The notes: a model not told the origin generated them from the sequence alone. Numbered from the stretch's first letter, positions 29,674 to 39,840 are shown. The stretch is DNA of 64,000 nucleotides from Candidatus Aminicenantes bacterium (GCA_014727835.1 WJMT01000124.1:17508-81507); one strand, 5' to 3'. A program made the numbers and translations.

Positions 29674-29689
29674 TGGCATGAAAATTGCT
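29674..29689 (+). promoter_or_regulatory. sigma-54 promoter candidate of the orphan permease
   Basis: TGGCAT-GAAAA-TTGCT has correct -24/-12 spacing. It lies 50 nt upstream of the ATG at 29739. Confidence 0.7.
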
Positions 29690-29738
29690 TAAGATAAAGA
29701 GAAACCTCTGTCAAAAATGAGACAAGGAGCTTGAATCT

Positions 29739-32105
29739 ATGATTAAAAATTATCTGCTGATGGCATTTCGTAACTTGAAAAAATATAAAGTCTATTCTTT
29801 TATCAACATCCTGGGCCTTGCTGTGGGTTTGAGTGCTTTTATCCTGATTCTTCTTTATCTGCAGTTTGAACTCAGCTACGACAAATTTCATCAAGATGCG
29901 GACCAGATATACCGGGTGGGAATAAAATCCTATCAGGAGGGCAAATACAGCAACGAATCTTATGTGTTCACTCCACCCATCGGGGAAGAAATGAAAAAGG
30001 AATTTCCCGAAGTGGAAGAATTCGTGAGGATGTCTACATTGAGGCCCGCTTACTTGAACATCAACAATGAAGCTCATAAAGAAACCAGTATGCGGTACGC
30101 ATCGGACAAAATATTTGAGATGTTTTCCTTTGACCTGATCCAGGGAGATGAGGCCACCGCACTCACAGATCCTTTTTCCATTGTGCTTTCACGGAAAACA
30201 GCGGAACGGCTTTTTGGTTCAAAAGATCCCATGGGAAAGACGGTTCAGATCGGTCCCGAACATTTGTATCAAATCACAGGTGTGGTTGAAAATCCCCCAG
30301 AAAATTCCAGTATTCAATTTACAGCTTTGATATCCTTTTCCACTCTTTATACGTTACCCAACCTTTATTTGGGCTGGAACGGAGGAAATCAGTACATAAC
30401 CTATGTCAAACTCAATGAGGGCACATCTCCCGGAGAGTTGGAAAAGAAACTGCCGGATTTCATGTGGCGTCATATCAATGAGCGGATTGCTTCATACGGA
30501 TGGAAAAACGAAGCTTATTTTCAGCCCTTAAAGAAGCTACATTTCCATTATGATCCCGGCTCCCGAATGGCCTTGACCAATTTCTACACCTTTACTGTGG
30601 TGGCTGTGTTTATTCTTTTGATTGCGGGAATCAATTTTGTCAACCTCACCACTGCCCGGGCAGCCCGGAGAGCGCGGGAAGTGGGCTTGAGAAAAGTGGT
30701 GGGAGCCAACAGGGGAAATCTGATCAGACAATTTCTAGGAGAGTCCGTGTTTTTGACCTTCCTGGCGTTTCTTCTCGGAGCCTCACTGGTCTCTCTTTTC
30801 ACTCCTTTGTACAGTCGGCTTTTAAACAAAGACCTGAATGTCTTAGCCATGATCAATCCTCTGAGTGTTTTGGCATTGATCGGATTGATTTTAGTGGTTG
30901 GTATTGCTGCAGGGATCTACCCCGCTTTTTACCTTTCAGCGTTTCAACCGGTCAAGACGGTCAGAGGGGAGGCGGAAACAGGGAGAGGACGGAAAAAATT
31001 CCGGGACTTTCTGGTTGTGTTTCAATTCGCCATATCAGTGACATTGATCATATGCACTGTTCTCGTCCAGAATCAAATCAGATTTATAAAAAAAGCAGAG
31101 CTGGGTTATGAAAAGGAAAATATGCTGGTGATCAATCTTCCCGGTCAGGAACTGGGAACCAAAACAGAAGAAATGAGAGAAAAGCTGTTATCTATTCCAG
31201 GAATAACTCATGTCAGTGCTTCCTCGCAAGTGCCTTACCGGGGGTTCACTAGAAACGGCTATGTTCCTGAAGGATATGCATCTTCACTTATGTTTCACGC
31301 TTTGGATATTGATGAGCACTTTTTTGACGCTTATGGGATTGAGGTCATAAAAGGAAGAAATTTCAACAAAGAATTTTCCACGGATAAAGAGGCCTATCTG
31401 ATCAATGAGACTCTGGCCAAGCAGTTGGGATGGGAGAATCCTGTTGGAAAGACCATCAGCCGGAACGGGGAATGGAAAGTGATCGGGGTGGTCAAGGATT
31501 TCCAGTTCTCCACTCTTCACCATGATGTAGGGTCTCTGATCATCACCCGCAATCCCTGGGAGAACCGCTTTGACTATCTCTCAGTCAAGCTCAACACCAA
31601 TGATCTTCCCAGGACGGTCCAAGAGATAAAAAAGGTGTATAAAGAATTCTCTCCCCTCCTTCCTTTTGAATACTTTTTCCTGGACCAAGCTTTTGACAGA
31701 GTTTATAAGTCAGAGGAAAGGTTTCAGAAAATCTTTCTCTATTTCTCTATCCTGGCCATTTGTATTGCTTTGCTTGGTTTGTTTAGTCTGACGGCTTTCA
31801 CAGCACAGCAGAAGGCCAAGGAAATCGGGATCCGCAAAGTCCTGGGAGCCACTGTTCCCAGCATTTTGTCCATGTTTGTCAAAGACATGATGCTTCTCAT
31901 CGGGCTGGCCAATCTCATTGCTTGGCCAGCAGCTTACTATGTCATTCAAAAATTTCTCCAAAACTATGCTTACCGGGAGGATGTGAGTTTATGGGCGTTT
32001 GTGCTGGCTCTTTTTGGAAGCGCGGTGGCTGCTCTGGCTACCATCAGTTATCAGAGTTTTAGGGCTGCGTTCAAGAATCCTGCTGATGTGCTGCGGACGG
32101 AATAA
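29739..32105 (+). CDS. duplicated FtsX/MacB-type ABC permease (ADOP-like, orphan: no adjacent ATPase)
   Basis: N-terminus MIKNYLLMAFRNLKKYKVYSFINILGLAVGLS. Two FtsX modules (INFVNLTTARAARRAREVGLRKVVGA.. and QQKAKEIGIRKVLGAT..). Ends with LRTE. RBS AGGAG. Confidence 0.9.
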   Translation: MIKNYLLMAFRNLKKYKVYSFINILGLAVGLSAFILILLYLQFELSYDKFHQDADQIYRVGIKSYQEGKYSNESYVFTPPIGEEMKKEFPEVEEFVRMSTLRPAYLNINNEAHKETSMRYASDKIFEMFSFDLIQGDEATALTDPFSIVLSRKTAERLFGSKDPMGKTVQIGPEHLYQITGVVENPPENSSIQFTALISFSTLYTLPNLYLGWNGGNQYITYVKLNEGTSPGELEKKLPDFMWRHINERIASYGWKNEAYFQPLKKLHFHYDPGSRMALTNFYTFTVVAVFILLIAGINFVNLTTARAARRAREVGLRKVVGANRGNLIRQFLGESVFLTFLAFLLGASLVSLFTPLYSRLLNKDLNVLAMINPLSVLALIGLILVVGIAAGIYPAFYLSAFQPVKTVRGEAETGRGRKKFRDFLVVFQFAISVTLIICTVLVQNQIRFIKKAELGYEKENMLVINLPGQELGTKTEEMREKLLSIPGITHVSASSQVPYRGFTRNGYVPEGYASSLMFHALDIDEHFFDAYGIEVIKGRNFNKEFSTDKEAYLINETLAKQLGWENPVGKTISRNGEWKVIGVVKDFQFSTLHHDVGSLIITRNPWENRFDYLSVKLNTNDLPRTVQEIKKVYKEFSPLLPFEYFFLDQAFDRVYKSEERFQKIFLYFSILAICIALLGLFSLTAFTAQQKAKEIGIRKVLGATVPSILSMFVKDMMLLIGLANLIAWPAAYYVIQKFLQNYAYREDVSLWAFVLALFGSAVAALATISYQSFRAAFKNPADVLRTE

Positions 32106-32168
32106 AAAGAAATAAGCTTATTACCCCCTTCCGCCAACCACGGCTCACCTTTTTGGAAAAATTGATTG

Positions 32169-32211
32169 ATACTCTCAATAGTAGTCTATGATATACTCTG
32201 ATTGAGAGTAT
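32169..32211. promoter_or_regulatory. nested inverted repeats upstream of the RHH gene (candidate operator)
   Basis: ATACTCTCAAT (32169-32179) and ATTGAGAGTAT (32201-32211) are perfect 11-bp inverted repeats. A nested palindrome ATACTCT-GATTG-AGAGTAT lies at 32193-32211. All of this is ~50 nt upstream of the ATG at 32260. Confidence 0.35.
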
Positions 32212-32259
32212 GTCAAGATTATGGTATTATAAAACATCTTTTTAACCAGAGAGGGAGTC

Positions 32260-32568
32260 ATGTCCAAGAAATTTCAAGTGGTGCTTCCAGATTGGTTGGC
32301 AAACTATATAGAAAAAACAGCAGACATCTATTCCATCAATTTGTCCGAAGTCATCCGGCTTCAGATTTGTATTGAGATCATCACTGCGGTGAGCAAATAT
32401 TATCCGGATTATGAGCCTGGAATGGATATGGAAGCGTTGTATAAAAACGGTATTGAATACAGCCACGATGATTCTGGAAGAGAACACATGTTCAAGATGA
32501 TTTCAAAAATATACTTTGAAGCCAGAAAAGCTGTTGAATACAGGATGAGAAAAGAAAAAAAGAGTTAG
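32260..32568 (+). CDS. ribbon-helix-helix (CopG/Arc-like) DNA-binding protein, hypothetical
   Basis: RBS GAGGGAG. The N-terminus KKFQVVLPDWLANYIEKTADIYSINLSEVIRLQI fits the RHH strand-helix-helix pattern. The C-terminal half is unknown. Confidence 0.4.
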   Translation: MSKKFQVVLPDWLANYIEKTADIYSINLSEVIRLQICIEIITAVSKYYPDYEPGMDMEALYKNGIEYSHDDSGREHMFKMISKIYFEARKAVEYRMRKEKKS

Positions 32569-33689
32569 CGGAGTCTGAAGAACTTGACAGCCAGAAACAG
32601 GAAAACCAGACTGAAAAGAGCTAGTATTCCGATGTGAGGAAGGACTTCCCAAAATCCGTAACCAAAAGAAATCAATTTGTGGTAGGCGTTCATGGTCCAT
32701 CCGGTCGGGAAAATCAGTCCGATAATGCGCATGCTTTTGGGAACCAGTTCCAGGGGCCACCAGCATCCTCCAAGAGCTGCCATGAGATTGGCTGCTAAGA
32801 TATTGAGAACGATCAGCACTTCTTCTTTCTGTATCAGGCATCCGAAAAGAATGCTCATGCCTGCGATGGTTCCACAAAAAAACAGGGAGACCAGAAGCAG
32901 AGCAGGCAGGGAGCCTCCCAAATAAACTCCAAACAGCAGGCGGCCGGCCAAAAACATCAAAGTGATTTGAAGCATTCCAATGAGAACCCGGGTGATCCAC
33001 TTGCCGCTGATCACAGCAGAAAAAGTGGCCGGAGTGGTGATGATCCGCTCCAACTGACCCTGACGTCTTTCCTCCAGAAGATTGATCCCTCCGTACATAA
33101 GGACTGTGAACAGCAAAAACATGACTGTAGTGCCAGGAATAGAATGGTTGAATCCAGAAGGAATGGTCTTCAATCTTCCGGCCTGTTCCACCTTTAAAGC
33201 GATGATTTTTTTGACTGTTGTCTGGCTGAAATGATCTCTGAGTTCATGTATATTTTCCGGCGCCAGGTCAATGAGCCTGGTGATGACTTTGATCACGGCT
33301 TTGAGAATGTGGGTGTAAGCAGCTTGTCCTGCTTCCATGCTGCTTTCTGCTTTTTTCTCCAGAACCAGCTCCACTTTTTGTCCATTTATGACTTTTTCCG
33401 AAAATCCTTCAGGAATGATAAGAACACGGATTTCAGATTCTTCCTTTTTTTCCACAACAGCAATGTCGTATTTCTCATGAGTGAGTTCCTCAATCAAAGC
33501 TTTTGACAGCACGCTCTGGTCCAGGTCAAGAATATTGAGTGTTGCTTTGATATCAGCAGGGGAGGAGCCTTGAAAAGCCATTCCAAAAACAAAGGAAAAC
33601 AGAAGAGGAAACAGCAGCAGCCACATGAAAAACATTTTATCTTTGAGGGCGATTTTCAAATCTGTCAGGGCAATGGTCCAGAATCTCAT
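32565..33689 (-). CDS. ABC-2 type transporter permease
   Basis: N-terminal TM, a large extracytoplasmic loop and a C-terminal 5-TM ABC-2 module. Its start overlaps the upstream permease stop by 4 nt. Confidence 0.75.
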   Translation of the reverse strand: MRFWTIALTDLKIALKDKMFFMWLLLFPLLFSFVFGMAFQGSSPADIKATLNILDLDQSVLSKALIEELTHEKYDIAVVEKKEESEIRVLIIPEGFSEKVINGQKVELVLEKKAESSMEAGQAAYTHILKAVIKVITRLIDLAPENIHELRDHFSQTTVKKIIALKVEQAGRLKTIPSGFNHSIPGTTVMFLLFTVLMYGGINLLEERRQGQLERIITTPATFSAVISGKWITRVLIGMLQITLMFLAGRLLFGVYLGGSLPALLLVSLFFCGTIAGMSILFGCLIQKEEVLIVLNILAANLMAALGGCWWPLELVPKSMRIIGLIFPTGWTMNAYHKLISFGYGFWEVLPHIGILALFSLVFLFLAVKFFRLR

Positions 33690-34942
33690 CGGTAAAGCCC
33701 TCTCTTTAGTTTGTTTCTCAGCAGCAAAGAACTGATAAAAGCAAAAATGATACCCGCTCCCAGCATGCCGAGCACAATGGGCCAGATCTGGCCCATTGGT
33801 TCACCGGTGATGTTTTTCTTAAAAGCCTCCAGTCCCCAATAATTGATTGTGAAGCGTGAGATTTTTTGGATAAAGAGGGGAAAACTCGAGATGGGAGTCA
33901 TACTCCCACCCAACAGTGCCATAACCACGATGACAGAGGACAGCAATGCCCCTGCTTGACGTTCGGTCCGGATGAATGTGTACAGGATGGCAATGAATCC
34001 GGCAATCAAGATGTTCAGACATAAAACAATCAACAAAAGGATATCCGTCCGTCCCCATCCAATGGAAAAAACCACTGCGCCCAAAATGACTAAAAACAGG
34101 GAACAGAGGACTCCGATGATGACTGCAGCCAGGATCTTGCTCCAGATGAACTCACTGATCCGCAATGGAGATATGGACATGCGAAGAAGGGTCCCTTTTT
34201 CTTTCTCGCGCAAAAGGTCTTCGAAAACAATATTGCAGATGAACATGAGGAACATGATGGATATGGCCGGGAGAATATAACTCTGGACAGTGAGGGAGTT
34301 GTTTTGGGATTCGGAATCCTTTTTTTGAGTGATCTGTTTGAGGGATATCACGGGAGGAAAGACATATTTTTCGATTCCTTGTATCCGGTCTTTGATTTTC
34401 ACAGAAAGGCTGGAAATGATTTGATCAGGAATCTCCGACTGTTCGGAGAACTCTCTGATCTGGTCGATTTCTTCGGAGAAGACCTGAAAAAGGGCGGAAA
34501 AAAGAAGAGCCGTGGTGTCGCTGATCTCTTCAGCAATTTGAGGGAGGAACTGTTCTGAAGGATTTTTGACCAGCAGAACCTGGGTGGTCTCTCCAGCCCA
34601 TATCTTGTCACCAAACTCTGATGGAATGATCATCAGGGCTGATGCTTTTCCTTTGTTCAACAGAGTCCTGGCTTTTTCTTCAGTCGGTACAGACTGAAGA
34701 TCGATCATGTCTTTCAGCTCCCCTTGAGTTAGAGTGCTGAGATACAACCGTGAAAACAAGCTCTGGTCCTGGTCTACAGAGAGGACTTTGATGCTGGGAA
34801 GAACATTTTCCTCTGAGGAGCCGAATATGATGCCGAACAAAAAGGTGAAAACAACAGGAATGAGCAGAAAACCGACGATAACCACCGGATTTTTCCATTT
34901 GCGCCGGAAATCTTTTCCGGTCAAAAGCAACACTCGTTTCAT
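33686..34942 (-). CDS. ABC-2 type transporter permease
   Basis: Same architecture as 32565-33689 and a paralogue of it. It has a 4-nt overlap with the ATPase gene. Confidence 0.75.
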   Translation of the reverse strand: MKRVLLLTGKDFRRKWKNPVVIVGFLLIPVVFTFLFGIIFGSSEENVLPSIKVLSVDQDQSLFSRLYLSTLTQGELKDMIDLQSVPTEEKARTLLNKGKASALMIIPSEFGDKIWAGETTQVLLVKNPSEQFLPQIAEEISDTTALLFSALFQVFSEEIDQIREFSEQSEIPDQIISSLSVKIKDRIQGIEKYVFPPVISLKQITQKKDSESQNNSLTVQSYILPAISIMFLMFICNIVFEDLLREKEKGTLLRMSISPLRISEFIWSKILAAVIIGVLCSLFLVILGAVVFSIGWGRTDILLLIVLCLNILIAGFIAILYTFIRTERQAGALLSSVIVVMALLGGSMTPISSFPLFIQKISRFTINYWGLEAFKKNITGEPMGQIWPIVLGMLGAGIIFAFISSLLLRNKLKRGLYR

Positions 34943-35865
34943 TCGCGAAGTTCCCTTCCAGTCAGTTTCAAGAAGACACTCTCCAGATTGGGCTGTTTGA
35001 GGGAAATATCATCCATGCTGACTCCTAGGTTAAAAAAGCTTTTCATAAGGCTTGGGATTTTCTTTGAGGCATCCAGGGATATGGCCAGATATCCGTGTTT
35101 CATGGTGATCACTTCAATTCCTTTTTCCTGGGAGATGATCTTCTGGGCCTGATCAGTGCTGAATTCTCCCTGGATCAGGGCTATGTCTTTTTCCCCCACG
35201 ATTTGGATGAGCTCCTCAAGTGTACCCACAGCCAGGATTTTGCCTTGATCCATAATCGCGATGCGGTCACAGAGGTCTTCAGCTTCGAAAAGATTGTGAG
35301 TGGTGTAAACAGTGGTGGTCCCTTTTTGAGAAGCTTCCCGGATGGATTCCAGGATGCTCATTTTCGTCTGGACATCAATGCCGATGGTGGGTTCATCCAG
35401 AAGAAGAAGGCGGGGATTGTGAAGAAGGCCGATGATGAGGTTGATGCGGCGCTTCATGCCTCCGGAATATTTTTTTAGTGGGTCATCTTCCCTTCCCTTA
35501 AGCCCGATTTTATTTAGGTAATATTGAATCTGCTGTTCTAAATCTTTACCTGACATTCCCTGGAGCCGCCCCCAGAAACGCAGGTTTTCTCTGGCGGTCA
35601 GCTCTTCGTAAAAGGCCATATCTTGGGGAACAACCCCCATGATTCCCCTGATCCTCTGTGGAGAACGCTGAATATTCATGGAATCGACTTCAATGGTTCC
35701 GGAATCTGGCTTCAGGAGCCCCGCGATCATAGAAATGGTGGTGGTCTTTCCAGCTCCGTTAGGCCCCAGGAAACCAAAGATTTCTCCCTGTTTCACCTCC
35801 AGGGAAATATCATTCACAGCCTGGACCTTGTCGAATGATTTGGACAGATGAGAAATTTTGAGCAT
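34939..35865 (-). CDS. ABC transporter ATP-binding protein (DrrA/CcmA-like, ABC-2 partner)
   Basis: Walker A GPNGAGKTT, signature YSGGMKRRINL, Walker B LLLLDEPTIGID. RBS AAGGAG. Confidence 0.9.
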   Translation of the reverse strand: MLKISHLSKSFDKVQAVNDISLEVKQGEIFGFLGPNGAGKTTTISMIAGLLKPDSGTIEVDSMNIQRSPQRIRGIMGVVPQDMAFYEELTARENLRFWGRLQGMSGKDLEQQIQYYLNKIGLKGREDDPLKKYSGGMKRRINLIIGLLHNPRLLLLDEPTIGIDVQTKMSILESIREASQKGTTTVYTTHNLFEAEDLCDRIAIMDQGKILAVGTLEELIQIVGEKDIALIQGEFSTDQAQKIISQEKGIEVITMKHGYLAISLDASKKIPSLMKSFFNLGVSMDDISLKQPNLESVFLKLTGRELRE

Positions 35866-35956
35866 AAAACCGCTCCTTCAATCTAAAAAATAGAGAATAT
35901 CTTATCACAAACAATAAAAAGATTAAAAAAATTTCAATGATTTGTTCAATTTTTTC

Positions 35957-35985
35957 TTGACATGTCTTTTTTTCGGAAGTATAAT
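35957..35985 (+). promoter_or_regulatory. sigma-70 promoter (consensus -35/-10) for the PadR-permease pair
   Basis: TTGACA (35957-35962), an exact 17-nt spacer, then TATAAT (35980-35985). It lies ~55 nt upstream of the ATG at 36042. Confidence 0.6.
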
Positions 35986-36041
35986 TCAATAAGAATACTA
36001 ATAAACGAATAATAATAAACAAATATATAAGGAGAGAAATC

Positions 36042-36371
36042 ATGGAAATGTTATCCAGGATCGAAGAGATTTTGCTCATAGCGATTTGGAAACTTAAGGA
36101 TAATGCATATGGGATTTCCATAAGGGAGCAGGTCCGAAGCGACACTGGAGTGAAATGGCAGTCTGGAGCTGTGTATGCGCCGCTGAACAGGTTGAAGAAA
36201 AATGGATATGTCCGCACGTATAAGGCTGAAGGATCAGCTGGAAAAGGGGGACGACCGCGTATCTATTATCAACTCACCAGGTTGGGTAAAAAAAAATTGG
36301 CCACCATACAGGATGTCAATGAGTCCATCTGGATGGGTGTGCCGGATTTGAAAAAAGAATTTGAGTCATGA
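36042..36371 (+). CDS. PadR-family transcriptional regulator
   Basis: LLIAIWKLKDNAYGISIREQV..WQSGAVYAPLNRLKKNGYVRTY is the PadR wHTH signature. Its stop overlaps the next ATG (ATGA). Confidence 0.85.
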   Translation: MEMLSRIEEILLIAIWKLKDNAYGISIREQVRSDTGVKWQSGAVYAPLNRLKKNGYVRTYKAEGSAGKGGRPRIYYQLTRLGKKKLATIQDVNESIWMGVPDLKKEFES

Positions 36372-38941
36372 AGCAAAATAAATTCAAACTTCCGCGATGG
36401 TTTTTTTCCATCCTGCGAAGGTTTGCTGATGAAGAGATCTTGGCTTCCATTGAGGAAGATCTGGAGGTCCGCTGCATCAGAGCCAAAGAGAAACACAGCC
36501 CCGCTTTTGCCTGGTTTTTATGTCAGCTTCAGGGACTCTCACTCCTTTTCTCTTTTTCACTTGAATCATTCTTATGGGGGATAACAATGTTTCGAAATTA
36601 TATGAAAGTCGCATTCCGGTATATCAAACGAAAAAAAGTCTATTCTTTCATCAATATTTTAGGGCTTACTATCGGGATGGCCTGTTTCTTGTTGATCGGC
36701 TTATGGGTGAAAGATGAATTGAGTTTTGACCGTTTTCATCAGAAAAAAGATCGGATTTACCGTGTGCTTAACAAAATGCCTGATGACAGTACTGATTTCA
36801 ATATCACATATGCCATAGGACCTGCATTGAAAGCGGAATACCCGGAGGTGGAAGAAGCCTGCCGTGTTTGCACCTGGTACGGATCTCATGTGAGATACCA
36901 AGACAATGTGTATGTAGAACGCAATATTTATCTTTCGGATCCTCGTTTTTTTCAAATATTTTCTTTCCCGTTCATCTCAGGAAATCCTGAGACAGCGCTT
37001 TCCGATCAGTATTCACTTGTCATCACTGAACAGACTGCACAAAAGTATTTTGGGGAAGAAGATCCTCTGGGAAAGGTTCTCAACTTGTCTCAATGGGATA
37101 ATGATTTTACCGTCACTGGGGTTATTGAAGACATCCCCACCAATTCCCATCTGCGTTTTGACATGATGGGACGGATTGAATTTCTAGGGAAAGAACGGCT
37201 GGCTCGCTGGGAGGAATGGTCAGGCCCGAATTATGTTCTTCTTAAGCCGGGAGTCTCTCCTGATGATTTTGAGAAAAAAATCGCAGGGATATACAAAAAA
37301 AATGTTGGTCCGGAAACGACTTATGTTCCGGAACTTCAGCCGCTCACTCAGGTCCATTTGTATGATCCGGGGCGTCCGGGACGAGTGAGGAAAGTCACCA
37401 TGTTTTCAGTGATTGCATTATTTATTCTTGTTATGGCTTGTATTAATTTCATGAACCTGGCTACAGCCCAGTCCTCCAGGCGTGCCTTGGAAGTGGGAAT
37501 GCGAAAGGTGATCGGAGCACAGCGGCGTCAAATCATACGACAGTTTTTAGGAGAAGCGGTGCTCATTGCCTTTTGTGCGCTTATCCTGGCACTGATCGCT
37601 GTGGAAGGGACACTTCCCTATTTCAATCAATTCACAGCAAAATCTTTAGCTCTGTTATCAAAAGCTAACATTCCCATGGTGTTGACTCTTTTGCTTGTCA
37701 CGCTGGGGACCGGAATTCTGGCTGGAATGTATCCGTCTTTGTTTCTTTCTTCCTTCCAGCCGGCTCAAACCCTAAGAAGCCAAAATTCTTTCAAAAACAA
37801 AGGGGGAGGCATTCGAAGAATTTTGATTGTGGTCCAATTCTCCATCTCCGTGGGACTGATTGTTTCAACCCTTTTGGTCTCTCAACAGCTCCGTTATATT
37901 CAAAAGAAAGATATCGGACTGGAAAGGGAACAGATCATTGGTCTGTATGTTTACCCGAGCTTTATACCCAGATTTGAGACCTTTAAAAACTCCCTGCTGA
38001 ATCAACCGGAAATAAAAGATGTCACATCTGCGGCTCAACCTCCTTTTCGTGTGGGGGAGAATATCCAGATCAACTGGGAGGGGAATCAAACGGATCAGAT
38101 GATTTCAGCGGATTACACCTGTGTGGACTATGATTTTTTTCAAACATTCAATATGCCTATTGTTCAGGGGCGTGCGTTTTCTAAAGAATACCCCACTGAT
38201 GTGAGGACCGCATGTGTTATCAATGAGACAGCAGCCCGGCGTATGGGAATCACTGATCCCATTGACACCAATATCTATATGAATCACCCTGCGTGGCCAG
38301 AATCGTTCCGGACCGTACAGGTCATTGGAGTGGTCAAAGATTTCCATTCCCGTTCTTTGCACACAGCTATAAGACCGTTTGTCTTCAGGATGTACAGACC
38401 CTGGCATCAGTATGCTTTCATAAAAATGGATGGGTCCCAAATACAGAAAGCCTTAGCCCAGATCAAAAAGGCTTACAAAGTCTTTTCTCCAGGGATACCG
38501 TTTGATTACATGTTTCTGGATGAAGTGTTCAATCAGCAGTACACATCCGAGCACCAGCTGGGAGAGCTTTTCAATGCGTTCACTTTCCTTTCTATTGCCA
38601 TTGCCTGCCTGGGCCTTTTTGGATTGGCCTCATATACTGTTGAGCAGAAGACTAAGGAAATCGGGATCCGTAAGGTTTTAGGAGCTTCCAGTCCAAGGAT
38701 TGTGGCCATGACAACCTGGGAGTTTCTCAAGTGGATTCTGATAGCCAACGCTGTTGCCTGGCCGGTTGCCTATTTTGTGATGTCCAGGTGGCTTCAGGAT
38801 TTTGCCTATAAAATCAGCATCAGCCCCTTGATTTTTGTGCTTGCTGCCGGCTTGTCCCTTACAGTTGCTGTGATGACCGTCAGTTATCATTCCATCAAGA
38901 TCGCTCTTTCCAATCCGGCTGGTTTGCTGCGGTATGAATGA
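36368..38941 (+). CDS. duplicated FtsX/MacB-type ABC permease with 73-aa N-terminal prefix domain (ADOP-like)
   Basis: The prefix (..EEILASIEEDLEV.. plus the hydrophobic AFAWFLCQLQGLSLLFSF) precedes the canonical MFRNYMKVAFRYIKRKKVYSFINILGLTIGMA. Two FtsX modules. Ends with LRYE. Confidence 0.9.
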   Translation: MKQNKFKLPRWFFSILRRFADEEILASIEEDLEVRCIRAKEKHSPAFAWFLCQLQGLSLLFSFSLESFLWGITMFRNYMKVAFRYIKRKKVYSFINILGLTIGMACFLLIGLWVKDELSFDRFHQKKDRIYRVLNKMPDDSTDFNITYAIGPALKAEYPEVEEACRVCTWYGSHVRYQDNVYVERNIYLSDPRFFQIFSFPFISGNPETALSDQYSLVITEQTAQKYFGEEDPLGKVLNLSQWDNDFTVTGVIEDIPTNSHLRFDMMGRIEFLGKERLARWEEWSGPNYVLLKPGVSPDDFEKKIAGIYKKNVGPETTYVPELQPLTQVHLYDPGRPGRVRKVTMFSVIALFILVMACINFMNLATAQSSRRALEVGMRKVIGAQRRQIIRQFLGEAVLIAFCALILALIAVEGTLPYFNQFTAKSLALLSKANIPMVLTLLLVTLGTGILAGMYPSLFLSSFQPAQTLRSQNSFKNKGGGIRRILIVVQFSISVGLIVSTLLVSQQLRYIQKKDIGLEREQIIGLYVYPSFIPRFETFKNSLLNQPEIKDVTSAAQPPFRVGENIQINWEGNQTDQMISADYTCVDYDFFQTFNMPIVQGRAFSKEYPTDVRTACVINETAARRMGITDPIDTNIYMNHPAWPESFRTVQVIGVVKDFHSRSLHTAIRPFVFRMYRPWHQYAFIKMDGSQIQKALAQIKKAYKVFSPGIPFDYMFLDEVFNQQYTSEHQLGELFNAFTFLSIAIACLGLFGLASYTVEQKTKEIGIRKVLGASSPRIVAMTTWEFLKWILIANAVAWPVAYFVMSRWLQDFAYKISISPLIFVLAAGLSLTVAVMTVSYHSIKIALSNPAGLLRYE

Positions 38942-38978
38942 ATTCTATTTTGATTACTGAAGCTTCAAGGAAAAAAAG

Positions 38979-39839
38979 CTAGAAGCTTTGGATCAGCTGC
39001 TGGAGCTTTTGACTTCTTTTTTGCTCCCTGAAAACAAGGGGATTTTTATCCTTATCATAAAGGCCGATATTCTGCTCATAAGTGTTCTTTGGAGGACCTA
39101 CATAGATCACACCCAGAGCAAAAGGATGGGTTTCCAAAGATTTTTCAAATGCGGCTCTTCGATCGTAGGGATCATATGTGTCATCCAGATAAGCAGTGTT
39201 GTCCTTAAACCATTTGAAGGTGTTGACTTTATTAAAGCTGACACAGGGCTGGAAAATATCCACCAACGCATATCCTTTATGCTGAATGGCTTTTTTGATG
39301 ATCTCTTTGGTCTCTTCCTCATCTCCTGCAAATGCCCGGGCTGCAAAAGAGGCGTTTTGTGAGACAGCTAAAGCCAGCGGATTGAAAGGCTCCAGCACAA
39401 CTCCTTTGGTTTGGACTGGGGTTTTGAACCCAAACTGGCTGGTGGGCGAGGCCTGTCCTTTGGTCAAGCCGTAGACCATATTGTTGTGGATGATGTTGGT
39501 GATATCCGGATTGCGGCGGATGGCATGAAGGAAATGATTCCCTCCTTCCCCATACATATCTCCGTCTCCGCTTTCAGCAATGACCGTGAGCTGAGGATTG
39601 ACAGCTTTGATGCCTGTGGCCGGAGGAAGCGCCCGTCCATGGAGGCCGTTGAAAAAATGAGTTTTGAAATAATGGGGGATTTTGGCTGCTTGGCCTATTC
39701 CAGAGACCACAACCAGGCCTTTGGGCTCAATACTCAGTTCAGCCAGTGCTTTTTTTAGGCTTTTGAGGATGTTGAAATTTCCGCATCCAGGACACCAAGC
39801 CATATCAATATCGTCCATATCATAGGCATTTGTTTTCAT
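38979..39839 (-). CDS. korB: 2-oxoacid:ferredoxin oxidoreductase subunit beta
   Basis: WCPGCGNF, a TPP-binding segment [13 protein letters not shown], and [12 protein letters not shown] prefer the ATG at 39839 (AGGAGG RBS, 1 nt after the korA stop) over the track start at 39908. Confidence 0.85.
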   Translation of the reverse strand: MKTNAYDMDDIDMAWCPGCGNFNILKSLKKALAELSIEPKGLVVVSGIGQAAKIPHYFKTHFFNGLHGRALPPATGIKAVNPQLTVIAESGDGDMYGEGGNHFLHAIRRNPDITNIIHNNMVYGLTKGQASPTSQFGFKTPVQTKGVVLEPFNPLALAVSQNASFAARAFAGDEEETKEIIKKAIQHKGYALVDIFQPCVSFNKVNTFKWFKDNTAYLDDTYDPYDRRAAFEKSLETHPFALGVIYVGPPKNTYEQNIGLYDKDKNPLVFREQKRSQKLQQLIQSF

Positions 39840-39840
39840 C

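Noticed and set aside
35986-36041. Searched both PadR upstream regions (35866-36041 and 48373-48534) for a shared PadR operator of the ATGT-N8-ACAT type.
   Set aside because: Only partial or mis-ordered matches were found (e.g. ACAT-N7-ATGT at about 48495), and nothing is shared between the two regions.
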